Source: Thermodesulfobacteriota bacterium (GTDB lineage Bacteria > Desulfobacterota_D > UBA1144 > Nemesobacterales > UBA2774). From it: a stretch of 64,000 bases of DNA. This document shows, piece after piece, positions 38,575-48,485 of the stretch. The position numbers and the translations under genes are program-made. The DNA lies in contig OZ244197.1 of NCBI GenBank assembly GCA_965216785.1, positions 896,001 to 960,000 of the forward strand, in the 5' to 3' direction. Under the pieces are notes generated by a model. That model saw only the letters and a list, made by a program, of their open reading frames with translations, was not told the DNA's origin and made no database searches. Every line of letters begins with the position of its first letter. Positions within the stretch are counted from its first letter, which is position 1.

Positions 38575-39264
38575 ATGTATCAAAAAAATACTCGCAGCGA
38601 AAAGCCACTTCCCGGGTTAAACATTATTGAAGGCGGTGCCCTAGGTTTTCCAAAGGATATTTCAGAATACAAAGACGAAGAGCTTATCGAGAGTTTTGTG
38701 AGCACTCAGGATGAAGAGGCATTCAGTGAGCTCGTAAACCGTTACAGCGATAAAGTCTATAGGCTTGCTTACAGGATTACGGGCGATCCGACCGATGCTG
38801 AGGAAGTACTTCAGGAAGTATTTATAATACTGGTCGAAAAGCTTGGTACATTCCGCTCAGAGTCTAAATTCTCAACCTGGCTCTACAGAGTGGCTTCCAA
38901 TGCAAGCTACATGTTTTTAAGAAGCGGGAAGAAATTCCAAAATGGCAGCCTGAGCCTTGATGACTACAAGCCCTATAACGATTACGGCGTACTTGAAGGT
39001 GTTGAGGAAAAAGACTGGAGCGCGACTCCCGATTACCAGCTCCTAAGCCGTGAGGGAACAGAGAAAATCGAGAAGGCTATAAACGAGCTGCCCGAAGACT
39101 ACAGGGTTGTTTTCCACATGAAAGACGTGGAAGGCCTTACAAGTAAAGAGATTGCTAAAGCGCTTGGGCTTTCGCTTCCGGCGGTAAAATCCAGAGTACT
39201 CAGGGCAAGGTTGTTTTTAAGGGACAGACTCTCGGATTATTTCTTTGAAGCGGGAGAGGAATAA
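38575..39264 (+). CDS. ECF sigma factor
   Basis: AFSELVNRY, DAEEVLQEVF, FSTWLYRVA and EIAKAL..AVKSRVLRAR. Confidence 0.92.
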   Translation: MYQKNTRSEKPLPGLNIIEGGALGFPKDISEYKDEELIESFVSTQDEEAFSELVNRYSDKVYRLAYRITGDPTDAEEVLQEVFIILVEKLGTFRSESKFSTWLYRVASNASYMFLRSGKKFQNGSLSLDDYKPYNDYGVLEGVEEKDWSATPDYQLLSREGTEKIEKAINELPEDYRVVFHMKDVEGLTSKEIAKALGLSLPAVKSRVLRARLFLRDRLSDYFFEAGEE

Positions 39265-39289
39265 TCTCTATTTTCTTAGCGCGTTCTTT

Positions 39290-39610
39290 TTACTTGGCCG
39301 CTTCTTGTAGAATCGGGCCGAGCTCCCCGCTTAGGTCCATTTCAACGCATATGTCGCAGCCGCCGACGAACTGCCCGTCTACGTATAGCTGCGGTATGGT
39401 GGGCCAGTTTGAGAACTCTTTTATTCCTTGGCGTATTTCAGGGTCCTCCAGTACGTCTACAGCTTCATAATCCACTCCGTGTGAATTAAGTATCTGTACG
39501 ACTCTTGCGGAAAAACCGCACTGCGGCATGTCCTTAGTGCCCTTCATATACAAGATCACTTTATTCTGCTCTATTTGTGAACCTATTTTGTTCTTAATAT
39601 CTTCTGACAT
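39290..39610 (-). CDS. grxD: monothiol glutaredoxin Grx4
   Basis: [14 protein letters not shown] and GGCD. Confidence 0.95.
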   Translation of the reverse strand: MSEDIKNKIGSQIEQNKVILYMKGTKDMPQCGFSARVVQILNSHGVDYEAVDVLEDPEIRQGIKEFSNWPTIPQLYVDGQFVGGCDICVEMDLSGELGPILQEAAK

Positions 39611-39667
39611 TTCTCCCTCCTGATACTTTATTAATATGTTATATAGAAGATAGGTAAATAATCGGTC

Positions 39668-39904
39668 TTATTTCATATTGTTCCACTGCTCGGGTGTATA
39701 GGTCTTAAGTGAAAGAGCGTGAATCCTCTCTTTCATAGCGTCGCCCAGCACCTTATACACTAACTGGTGTCTTTCGAGCAGCGTCTTCCCCTCGAAATCC
39801 TCTGAAACTATCACTGCGTCAAAATGAGTACCGTCTCCTTCAACGCTTACTTCCGCCCCCGACATGCCGCCTTCAATCATCATCTGTATCTCTTTTGGTT
39901 CCAT
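39668..39904 (-). CDS. BolA/IbaG family protein
   Basis: GDGTHF, RHQLVY and IHALS; adjacent to grxD. Confidence 0.92.
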   Translation of the reverse strand: MEPKEIQMMIEGGMSGAEVSVEGDGTHFDAVIVSEDFEGKTLLERHQLVYKVLGDAMKERIHALSLKTYTPEQWNNMK

Positions 39905-40019
39905 GGCGTTTAGTATAAATGCTTTTTGTTTCCTTTCAAGGAGTTAGCGGTGTCAGGGGATTGCGATTTAACAGTTCGGGCGGTTGTCTAATAGATAAAG
40001 CGAGCCTATAATTTCACAT

Positions 40020-40229
40020 ATGAATATCAAGACTCTGGCCCTTATTCTAATAGCCATACTTATAGTAGTCGGTTTCTTCAAGTTTTTAGGTTATCAAAAG
40101 GAAAAACACGCGGGCTCTTCTAACTATCTCCAAGAGTCGGTAAATGCGGTGAAGAATGTGGAAGCTATGCAGGATGAAAGAGAAAAAACCATCCAGGAGC
40201 ATGAACGCGAGCTCGAAAACTGGGAATAG
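40020..40229 (+). CDS. small membrane-anchored hypothetical protein
   Basis: N-terminal TM helix plus coiled segment; fills the intergenic gap. Confidence 0.55.
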   Translation: MNIKTLALILIAILIVVGFFKFLGYQKEKHAGSSNYLQESVNAVKNVEAMQDEREKTIQEHERELENWE

Positions 40230-40312
40230 ATTAATTCCGCTGTTTGCACCCGCTTAATACTTAGGTAGCCTTCCAGAATCAGTAACCCCCATAGCGCTCA
40301 GGAGGAATTATA

Positions 40313-40762
40313 ATGAAAGTTAGTGAGATCATGTCTTCTCCCGTGAAAACCCTAAAAGGAGACAAAACGCTGGAGCAGGCCGCTCAGCTCATGCTTGATA
40401 GCAGTATTGGGGGAGTCCCGATAGTAGATGATGACGGCAAACTTATAGGTATGGTGACAGAATCGGACTTTTCAGCAAAAGAGCACGCCATTCCGTTCTC
40501 CAGGGTCTACGCCCCGCAGCTGTTCGGTAAATGGATGTCCAAAGAAGGTGTCGAAAAGGCCTATGAAGCGGCCCGTAAAATAACTGTAGATAAGATCATG
40601 AGCTCCCCTGTTGTTACTGTAGAAAAGGAAGATACGGTTGCCGAGGCGGTAAGGAAAATGCTCGAGTACCGTATTCACAGGATAGTGGTTACGGAAGATG
40701 GTATCCCCGTAGGTATAGTCTCTAGACACGACCTCCTGAAATTAGTCGTTAAAGATATATAG
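40313..40762 (+). CDS. CBS domain protein
   Basis: Two CBS repeats (GMVTESD; GIVSRHDLL); AGGAGG RBS. Confidence 0.9.
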   Translation: MKVSEIMSSPVKTLKGDKTLEQAAQLMLDSSIGGVPIVDDDGKLIGMVTESDFSAKEHAIPFSRVYAPQLFGKWMSKEGVEKAYEAARKITVDKIMSSPVVTVEKEDTVAEAVRKMLEYRIHRIVVTEDGIPVGIVSRHDLLKLVVKDI

Positions 40763-40778
40763 GACCGAGTTCCAGAAC

Positions 40779-41150
40779 ATGAGCAGGTTCGGTGTAAGCC
40801 CGGAGAAAGAATCAGCGCTTGAAAAAAAGATGGCAGAGCTCGGTATTCGTGAGCAGGATATCGAAGAAAAGTTCACCCGCTCGGGTGGCCCGGGCGGTCA
40901 GAACGTTAACAAGGTCGCAACCTGCGTTCAATTAAAACACATTCCGACTGGTATAACCGTAAAAGCCCAAAAAGACCGCACCCAGGGTGTAAACCGGTTT
41001 TTGGCCAGACGCTCTTTGCTCGAAAAATATGAAGGGCAGGTCCTTGGCATAAAGTCTTCGGAAGACAAAAAAATAGATAAGATCAAAAAGCAGAAGCAAA
41101 GAAGAAAAAGACGCTCGAAAGCAAAGGCCCAGTCTTGTACTGACGCTTAA
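40779..41150 (+). CDS. GGQ-domain peptide chain release factor-like ribosome rescue protein
   Basis: [13 protein letters not shown] and a basic C-terminal tail. Confidence 0.88.
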   Translation: MSRFGVSPEKESALEKKMAELGIREQDIEEKFTRSGGPGGQNVNKVATCVQLKHIPTGITVKAQKDRTQGVNRFLARRSLLEKYEGQVLGIKSSEDKKIDKIKKQKQRRKRRSKAKAQSCTDA

Positions 41151-41249
41151 ATATCATTACTGTCACCATATTTAATAACGCTCAACTTTAATATAATTCC
41201 TCCCCCTTTTCAACACAGTGAAAAACCTTAGGTACCTTATTATAGTGGG

Positions 41250-41293
41250 CTTATTGACATTGTTAGCAATAAGGGCTAACAATTATCAATAAG
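41250..41293 (+). promoter_or_regulatory. inverted-repeat operator overlapping a TTGACA element upstream of the giant gene
   Basis: ATTGTTAGC-7-GCTAACAAT flanked by CTTATTGA/TCAATAAG. Confidence 0.6.
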
Positions 41294-41338
41294 TACTAAT
41301 CCATTCTTGATTTCCGGTTTTAAAGGAGGGTAGTTTCA

Positions 41339-44300
41339 ATGTCTATTAGAGGGAAGAAGTACCCGTCTTACCTACTTTTTATTCCGTTTTTAATAATTTT
41401 CGCAATCGCCGTATTGGTGAATTTCACAAGCGCAGTCAGCGGGCCTGTAAAGGTACTAACAGAAACAGACTTTGTGCAGGACTCTGCGCTCTTCGCTATA
41501 CCGGAGGATGAGATTGTTGCGGTATTCCTGGAATCCCCTCTTTCAGGCGGCGCGCCTAATGATACGGGAATTATCGGAATTGACGTAATTCCCTATGCGT
41601 ATGAACAGGATATAGAGCAAACGTTCTGCTGGGACGACGATAGCCCTAATTCAGAACATTACGTGGCGCTTATAGATAATTCAGGCAAGGAAGTCATGAC
41701 AGTTTTCTCAGGCGGCGAATGCGTTACGGAAACGATTGCCGAAGGTGATTACGAGATGCGTATCATGCACGACGGCAAAAGTGATAAACAAGTCGCAGTA
41801 TTCATAATTCCTGAGGGGGACAAGGCGCTTCTTAATTTAACCTCTGTACTGAACTCTGATAAATGTATTGAGTGCGATCTGAGTAACGTAAATCTCAGCA
41901 GCGTGGATCTGAGCGGCGTGGACCTGACAGACGCTATCCTTAATAACGCAATACTTGTAGACGCTGACCTATCTGGCTCCAATCTAAGCGGGGCGGATCT
42001 AAGTAACGCCGACCTCAGCCGCGCCAACTTAAAAGGCGCTGATTTATCTGGTGCCGATCTCACAAGCGCGATATTAATAAACGCCGATCTGTCGGATACC
42101 GACCTTACGCTAGCGAATCTTGAAAACGCTGACACTAAGGGCGCGAATCTCAAAGGTTCTACGGGAGTACTTATTACTGATAGCGGCGGGAGTGAAGCTG
42201 ATGTCAACTCTGAAAACGTGACAAAAGTCCACGATGCAGTAGTGGCAACCATTGAGTGTAACGGCGGCGCAATCGCTGCCGGTTCAGGAGAAGACCTCCT
42301 CGTTAAAGGCGCCTGCACTGTTGGAGCCGGCACCTATCATTACCGGAACGTAAATATTATCGAACCCGGCTCTCTTACATTTGACGACGCGGTAATAGAT
42401 TTCTGGGCTTACGGCATAATTGTCGAAAACAAAGCCAGCCTCATCGCGGGCTCTGATACGGCTCCCATAGGCATGGCGGGCGGTAAGCTGACTATCCATC
42501 TATACGGAGAAAACCAGGGCGTCGGAGGTTCCGGTGTTCTATGTAAAACCCCTACATCGGCAACGGTCGAAGTCTGCGGAATACCCAAAACGGTTTGGGA
42601 CTCAAACGGCGCGAGTAAGCAAATGATGGGGGACGGATCCATGGACTATTTCTATCAGTATAAACCGCTCCCTCAGGACGACGGCGATCCGAACGCATTC
42701 TTTGGCTATAAGGTGCTTGCAGTATCTTACGGCGGTACGCTTAATCTGTACGGTAAAAAAGGCTCGACGCTTCCGGATAATTTAATGTCAGATAATTCCG
42801 GCATGAGCTGGGCCAGGCTCGACGGCTCTGTTAATAAAGGAGCCACTCAGCTCAAAATAGACAGAGAGGTAGACTGGGAAACCGGCGACCGCATTGTTGT
42901 AACCACGACCGACTATCTGCCCGGACACTCAGAAGTGCTAGAAATAATAGACCCGCCGGTAGACAAAATGACTTTTAATTTTAAGGTGGTTGATCCGTTC
43001 ACCGGCGCGGATATACCCGGGGGTCTTCAGTATCCTCATAACGGCAAGCCGTACGAAATTGACAGCGATGTAGCTGATAATATAAAGTGGGAGACTACAA
43101 TTGACGGCAAGCCGGCGGCTGAAACAAGGGCTGCTGTGGGTCTCTTGACAAGAGACATCATGATTGTGTCCGCAGGCAATACTTTCAATTCGGACTTCCC
43201 TCCGGTTGCCGGGAATCATCTTGGGGGCCACACTATCGTGCGCCAGGGTGTAGAGGAATTTAAGGTGCAGGGAGTGCAGTTCCACCAGCTCGGCCAGGGC
43301 GGCAAGATGGGGCATTATCCGGCCCATTTCCATTTAACCAGAAAAATGCCGGAAGGCACCTTTATAAAAGACTCCTCGATAACGGATTCCATGACCAGGT
43401 GGATAACCCTTCACGGTGCGCAGGGAGTAAAGCTTGCCAGAAATGTCGGCTGTATGTCCATAGGCCACGGCTTCTATTTAGAAGACGGCACGGAGATAAA
43501 CAACAAGCTCTACTCAAACCTCGGTATACTCGCGCGCGCGGCGGTAAAGAACGCGCAGAACCCTCGCCAGGTTCCTGGCATCCTCGCCTGGGACGGAAGG
43601 GACATTCCATTCTTGCCTTTTAATTCCGACATCTACAATCCTACGGTCTTCTGGATCATGAACGGATGGAATGATTTTGAATACAACATGGCCGCCGGGG
43701 CCACAGGGTGCGGGGTATGCTACTGGCTTCTTCCCGGCACGAACAGCGGGCCCTCCCAGGGTATGAAGTGGGAAGGCTACGCCTCTATGCAGAGCGGTCC
43801 TATGATGACTGAAGGCGATCAAACTTATCAGGTAAATATGATCCGTGCGGCAATGACCCCGCTTAAAACCTTTAAGGGTAATTACTGCACTAGCGCGATG
43901 ATGTCCTTTAATACAGTGGGCGCGACCGACACTTGCCTCGGTATAAATGCGTTCGGCACCGCGACAAATGCCAACAACCCAGTGCCCGCCGAGCTCCCGA
44001 TGGATCTGGGCGGCAAAGGGGACCCCAATAAAGAAACCTTTTATCCGAAGATGCTCGGAGGAGGAGGAGGACGGTTTGCCACTGTGTGTCCGGGTACGGA
44101 TGAGACCAGGGACTGCGGCCCGGCTGCCGTTGCAAATAGGTGTGACGTGGGAGAAGCCCGCAAGAACTGTGCGGTCACGGTTCTCGATAAGTACACCTCG
44201 TCCTTTCACTGGCCGCAGCAGAATTTCGCCGCTATATGGCTCCGCCCGCAGTGGTATCTATATATAAACAGCTTCCTTTCCGACACTCAGAACGGGGGTC

Positions 44301-46987
44301 TTGGCTTTGTTACGGGGGGCGACTACACCCTAGGCAACATAGTCCCGGGTCAGTGGCAGCTCGCGGCAAAATCAGTTTTTGTAGGCCAAACTCAAAATGA
44401 TAACCCTCTTGCCTCAGAAGCGGGGCCGTTTAACCCTCTCATGAGTGGTGACGGGATGATAAAAGGTCTAGTTTGCGATAGCGGAGACGCCAACCACTGC
44501 CGCTTGGCTGCACAAGGTATAAGCATGCCGCTTGACAACTTCGCCGTGAATCAACGCCTTTTCAATATATATGACGGTCCCAATTATCAGGACTCAAACG
44601 CCTTTCTCGATATCAAAAAGACCGATCTCAGCGATCTTTGCAGTCCACCGGACGATAAGTCCCCCACCGGAGTTTCTAAATGTCCTCAGTTCGGCCCCGG
44701 AGTCGGTATGCCTGCCTGGATGTACACGCGTACTATCGGAATTCCGGTCGATAAGACTACAAATTCGTGCGTACTGCCCAATGGGGCAATAGGTTGGAAA
44801 CAGCCAAACGGCTTTTACTATCCCCCGGGTTTTCACTCGCGCAATCTTCACTTTAAAAATGTGGATATACGTCACTACGTACTGGAGCCTCTCTGGGCGC
44901 CGGGCTCTTACGACACCATAGAGGGACAGGTGAGAGAGGATTACTGCACATTTCCCACTAACAATATGTTCGGCAACTTCAGCAGCGTTGACCGTCAGAC
45001 GGTTGTAAACGACAATGACGGCTCTCTTACAGGGCTCTTGAGTCCGGTTGCCTCATCAATGGGCGAAACCATATCGGTCAACCTCGATCCGTTTTTCAAT
45101 GCTCCGATAGAGGCTATCGAGTGCGAGTCGTTTGACACCGCGAAAACAAGCCCTTACGAGTATATTACGACAGTCGTTTACCCGGGGTGCGCTACTAATA
45201 ACACGTGCCTCGGTGTGTGCTCGAACAACCCGGCTGTAAAATGCAGCTCAGACCCTGAATGTGATTTTGGACCTGGTAACCGGGGGACTTGCAGCGCTAT
45301 TTGGGGTAGGCCCTGCTCAAACGCCGAGTGCTACGGCGTACCGCTTGAGAGACAGCTTCTTACATCAGATGATGCCCCTGACCTCTCTACAACAGGAATC
45401 CGAATGGCGGGGATGAGTCTCTTTCAGAGGAGCATGATGACCCTGAACGGAGCTACCTATTACATCGATACTACGGTTTCAGAAACCGAGCAGAGAAAGA
45501 GCGCCAAGAGCCTGAACGTGTTTAAAGGTGGGGATACTTACTATGTATTCTTCATCTATCCCAAAGTGAGCACAAATCAGACGTACCAAATATACGTCGG
45601 CAAGAATGGATTCAACGAGGATACGGACGTATCGTTCGTTCGGGCTGAGCTTAGGTCCCCGATAATTTTCACTCCCGAGAGTTTCGATACCCCGAACAAA
45701 CTCCCGGTCGGGTGGGACAAAGATTACAATTCCGCAACAGGCATCCTGACAGTAACGGCAAACATGCAAACATTTGAGAAAGATTTTATTAAAGCCAGAA
45801 ATGATTTTTGCCAACCCAAGAGTTTTTGTACGCTAGACGGCAATAAAGACGATGCCAATGCTCAGTGCATTTGCTCAGACGACCTTACGGGAGATCAGAA
45901 GACGCAGTGCGTAGATGGAAATATATGCGGCAGATGGGCCGGGAAAGATATTGATTGTCCTGAAGGCGGCTGCCCCGGATTTTCATTCAAGCTTCCTTCA
46001 GGCCCAGACGGGTTTGTAGCGGACGACAAAGGGAACATTTTGGAGGCTAACGGAGGCCACAGGCCTCCACCTATGTGTTTCCCTAAAGAGGCGCCATGGA
46101 CGGCTGAATTTATACGTGCCGATATGGATGTAGCGGGCTCGTGTAAGACTACTCCAATAGATAATGCTAAATTCTGTACCGACCCCCCTGGGGGCGGCGG
46201 GGGAATACCCCCAACGGGACCGCCTGTAGGCGGAGGAGCGGACAAGGACGGGGACGGTGAGCCTGACGCCACAGACGTCGATTCTGATAACGACGGAATA
46301 CCTGACAGCAGAGAGCGTTCAAACTTTGTAATAACCTCAAGTTCTGAATCAGCCTCAAGAGCAATTGTGATTCCGGCTGATCCCGACGGCGACGGCATAC
46401 CAAACGAGCTCGATCTTGACTCAGACGGCGATTGTCTCCCGGACCATTTAGAAGCAGGGGGCACTAACGACACTGACAGAGACGGTTTGGTCGATAATTT
46501 CGCCGATGCCGATGCAGATGGTCATCACGACGCTCATGACACCGATCAGGGAGGGAGCGCTCTTCCGCTTCCCGATACGGACGGCGACGATATCCCGGAC
46601 TTTCTGGATCATGATTCAGATGGCGACGGTATGACGGACACCGAGGAAACCGGGGGCACAGTGGATGCAAACGACGACGGTATTCATGATAATACGGTAG
46701 ATGTAAACCAGGACGGCATTTCCGACAGCCTGCATCCGGATACAGGAAGTGTTTGCGTTATTCAGGATACAGACGGCGACGGACTGCCCGACCACCTTGA
46801 TCTCGTACCGCTTACGCCTGCAGACCCGCCGGCTGACGGTGAGGGAGACGGAGGCACAGGTAACGGTGCTTGCGCCTTGGCGTCAAGCGAAATCGGCAGT
46901 CAGGGCTTAACCGGGCTTGCAGTGTTTGGGCTTATTCCGTTTGCAGTAATTCTCCGAAGGAAGTTAAGAGTCATAAGAAAGCAGTAA
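41339..46987 (+). CDS. giant surface protein: pentapeptide repeats, G8/CEMIP-PKHD1-like beta-helix, TSP3-like Ca-binding repeats, Cys-containing C-terminal sorting signal
   Basis: A(D/N)LxG repeats at ~41879-42160; GHYPAHFH, ITLHG, GHGFYLEDGTE and FWIMN motifs; DxDGDGxPD repeats at ~46241-46802; GACAL-TM-RRKLR tail. Confidence 0.85.
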   Translation: MSIRGKKYPSYLLFIPFLIIFAIAVLVNFTSAVSGPVKVLTETDFVQDSALFAIPEDEIVAVFLESPLSGGAPNDTGIIGIDVIPYAYEQDIEQTFCWDDDSPNSEHYVALIDNSGKEVMTVFSGGECVTETIAEGDYEMRIMHDGKSDKQVAVFIIPEGDKALLNLTSVLNSDKCIECDLSNVNLSSVDLSGVDLTDAILNNAILVDADLSGSNLSGADLSNADLSRANLKGADLSGADLTSAILINADLSDTDLTLANLENADTKGANLKGSTGVLITDSGGSEADVNSENVTKVHDAVVATIECNGGAIAAGSGEDLLVKGACTVGAGTYHYRNVNIIEPGSLTFDDAVIDFWAYGIIVENKASLIAGSDTAPIGMAGGKLTIHLYGENQGVGGSGVLCKTPTSATVEVCGIPKTVWDSNGASKQMMGDGSMDYFYQYKPLPQDDGDPNAFFGYKVLAVSYGGTLNLYGKKGSTLPDNLMSDNSGMSWARLDGSVNKGATQLKIDREVDWETGDRIVVTTTDYLPGHSEVLEIIDPPVDKMTFNFKVVDPFTGADIPGGLQYPHNGKPYEIDSDVADNIKWETTIDGKPAAETRAAVGLLTRDIMIVSAGNTFNSDFPPVAGNHLGGHTIVRQGVEEFKVQGVQFHQLGQGGKMGHYPAHFHLTRKMPEGTFIKDSSITDSMTRWITLHGAQGVKLARNVGCMSIGHGFYLEDGTEINNKLYSNLGILARAAVKNAQNPRQVPGILAWDGRDIPFLPFNSDIYNPTVFWIMNGWNDFEYNMAAGATGCGVCYWLLPGTNSGPSQGMKWEGYASMQSGPMMTEGDQTYQVNMIRAAMTPLKTFKGNYCTSAMMSFNTVGATDTCLGINAFGTATNANNPVPAELPMDLGGKGDPNKETFYPKMLGGGGGRFATVCPGTDETRDCGPAAVANRCDVGEARKNCAVTVLDKYTSSFHWPQQNFAAIWLRPQWYLYINSFLSDTQNGGLGFVTGGDYTLGNIVPGQWQLAAKSVFVGQTQNDNPLASEAGPFNPLMSGDGMIKGLVCDSGDANHCRLAAQGISMPLDNFAVNQRLFNIYDGPNYQDSNAFLDIKKTDLSDLCSPPDDKSPTGVSKCPQFGPGVGMPAWMYTRTIGIPVDKTTNSCVLPNGAIGWKQPNGFYYPPGFHSRNLHFKNVDIRHYVLEPLWAPGSYDTIEGQVREDYCTFPTNNMFGNFSSVDRQTVVNDNDGSLTGLLSPVASSMGETISVNLDPFFNAPIEAIECESFDTAKTSPYEYITTVVYPGCATNNTCLGVCSNNPAVKCSSDPECDFGPGNRGTCSAIWGRPCSNAECYGVPLERQLLTSDDAPDLSTTGIRMAGMSLFQRSMMTLNGATYYIDTTVSETEQRKSAKSLNVFKGGDTYYVFFIYPKVSTNQTYQIYVGKNGFNEDTDVSFVRAELRSPIIFTPESFDTPNKLPVGWDKDYNSATGILTVTANMQTFEKDFIKARNDFCQPKSFCTLDGNKDDANAQCICSDDLTGDQKTQCVDGNICGRWAGKDIDCPEGGCPGFSFKLPSGPDGFVADDKGNILEANGGHRPPPMCFPKEAPWTAEFIRADMDVAGSCKTTPIDNAKFCTDPPGGGGGIPPTGPPVGGGADKDGDGEPDATDVDSDNDGIPDSRERSNFVITSSSESASRAIVIPADPDGDGIPNELDLDSDGDCLPDHLEAGGTNDTDRDGLVDNFADADADGHHDAHDTDQGGSALPLPDTDGDDIPDFLDHDSDGDGMTDTEETGGTVDANDDGIHDNTVDVNQDGISDSLHPDTGSVCVIQDTDGDGLPDHLDLVPLTPADPPADGEGDGGTGNGACALASSEIGSQGLTGLAVFGLIPFAVILRRKLRVIRKQ

Positions 46988-47017
46988 AATAGAGCAGATT
47001 TAATGAAAACTATCAAT

Positions 47018-47059
47018 TGCCCGGTATCCCTATTATGTGACAGGGATACCGGGTATTTT
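47018..47059 (+). terminator. intrinsic terminator after the giant gene
   Basis: TGCCCGGTATCCCT/AGGGATACCGGGTA stem followed by TTTT. Confidence 0.7.
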
Positions 47060-47073
47060 ACAAGTTCAGTCCT

Positions 47074-48432
47074 ATGCCTCTATTATCACGACTGCGAAAC
47101 CGCATTGAAAACCCAAAAGAAGACATCTCAGCAGGCTCAAACTCACTGGGTTTTATGGACGCTTTTTCTATCGGGATCGGTGGCATTGTCGGGGGCGGAA
47201 TATTCGCGACAATCGGCCTTGCTATAGTCGAGTCCAAGGGCGCCACCTATATGTCTTTTTTAATCGGGGGCGTAGTTGCCCTGCTCACCGCGTACTCTTA
47301 CCTCAAGCTATCTGTCGCTTACCCGAGCAAAGGCGGTACCGTAACTTTTATAAACCGCGCTTTCGGTGAAGGACTATTCACCGGGAGTTTGAATACGCTT
47401 CTTGTCATAAGCTATGTTGTACTCCTGGCTGTCTATGCCTACGCCTTTGCCACATACACGGCGGCTACCTTCTTCCCCAAGTCAGAGTATGAGTTCTGGC
47501 ACAAAGTGCTCACCTGCGGGATCATGATACTCCTTACCGTCATTAACTTCATAGGCCCCAGCATTGCAGAGCGCTCAGAGGGCTTTTTCAATATCTGCAA
47601 GCTCCTTATTCTGCTTACTTTTGTAGTGCTCGGGCTATTTGCGGGTGATCTATCTTTTGAGCGGTTAGGCCCCGCAGACTGGGTCTCGGCCCCTCAGATC
47701 GTAGCCACGGGGATGCTCGTATTCATAAGCTATGAAGGTTTTGAGCTCATCGCGAACGTATCGGATCAGGTAAGGGATAAAGAGAAAAATTTATCCTACG
47801 CCTATTTCGGAAGTGTTATTACGGCGATGGTATTTTATATGTTCATTATCGTAGTCGTCATTGGTCACCTTTCTTTTAGCGCTATTACAGACTCTCGTGA
47901 CTATGCTCTTTCCGCGGCCGCAAATGTCTTTATGGGTAAGGCTGGGTTTGTGCTTCTTTCGGTTGGAGCCATACTTGCCACAGCCTCCGCCATAAACGCG
48001 GGCCTCTTCGGCGCCTCAAAGCTGCCGCTTATGCTTGCAAAAGAGGGTGAGGCCCCCGAGCGGTACGAGAAGAAAATTTGGGGACGCTACCCGGTAGGGC
48101 TCATTGTAATTGCAGTATTGGTGCTCTTGATAGCGAATTTCCTAGAGCTCCACGCACTCGCTGCTGCTGCCAGCACCGGGTTCATCCTTATGTTCTTAAT
48201 GGTGAATATAGCCAATGCTAAACTTGCCAAAGAGACCGGGAGTAAGAGGTGGGTTTCTGCGCTAGGAGCGCTTGTATGTTTTGCCGCGCTTTTAATACTG
48301 CTAATCCAGATTGCCCGCGACCCCGCTCACCGCTACGAGCTTTGGTTCATCGCCGCGCTAATCCTCTTCCCGTTTACATATCAGTCAATCTTTAACGCCT
48401 ATAAGTATTTCCATAAACCGGAGTCCCGGTAA
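47074..48432 (+). CDS. APC family amino acid permease
   Basis: GIGGIVGGGIF, YPSKGG and SYEGFELIAN; about 12 TM segments. Confidence 0.9.
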   Translation: MPLLSRLRNRIENPKEDISAGSNSLGFMDAFSIGIGGIVGGGIFATIGLAIVESKGATYMSFLIGGVVALLTAYSYLKLSVAYPSKGGTVTFINRAFGEGLFTGSLNTLLVISYVVLLAVYAYAFATYTAATFFPKSEYEFWHKVLTCGIMILLTVINFIGPSIAERSEGFFNICKLLILLTFVVLGLFAGDLSFERLGPADWVSAPQIVATGMLVFISYEGFELIANVSDQVRDKEKNLSYAYFGSVITAMVFYMFIIVVVIGHLSFSAITDSRDYALSAAANVFMGKAGFVLLSVGAILATASAINAGLFGASKLPLMLAKEGEAPERYEKKIWGRYPVGLIVIAVLVLLIANFLELHALAAAASTGFILMFLMVNIANAKLAKETGSKRWVSALGALVCFAALLILLIQIARDPAHRYELWFIAALILFPFTYQSIFNAYKYFHKPESR

Positions 48433-48485
48433 TTCATTTTGTGAACTTGGAAATAAGTAGCTATAGAAAGTTATGGGCGGGTTTA

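Noticed and set aside
41879-42160. Periodic DNA repeats, possible array or CRISPR
   Set aside because: 15-bp periodicity is explained by pentapeptide-repeat coding; no spacers and no cas genes
43514-46473. Several 100-230 aa antisense ORFs inside the giant gene
   Set aside because: Reverse-frame shadows of a long GC-richer coding region
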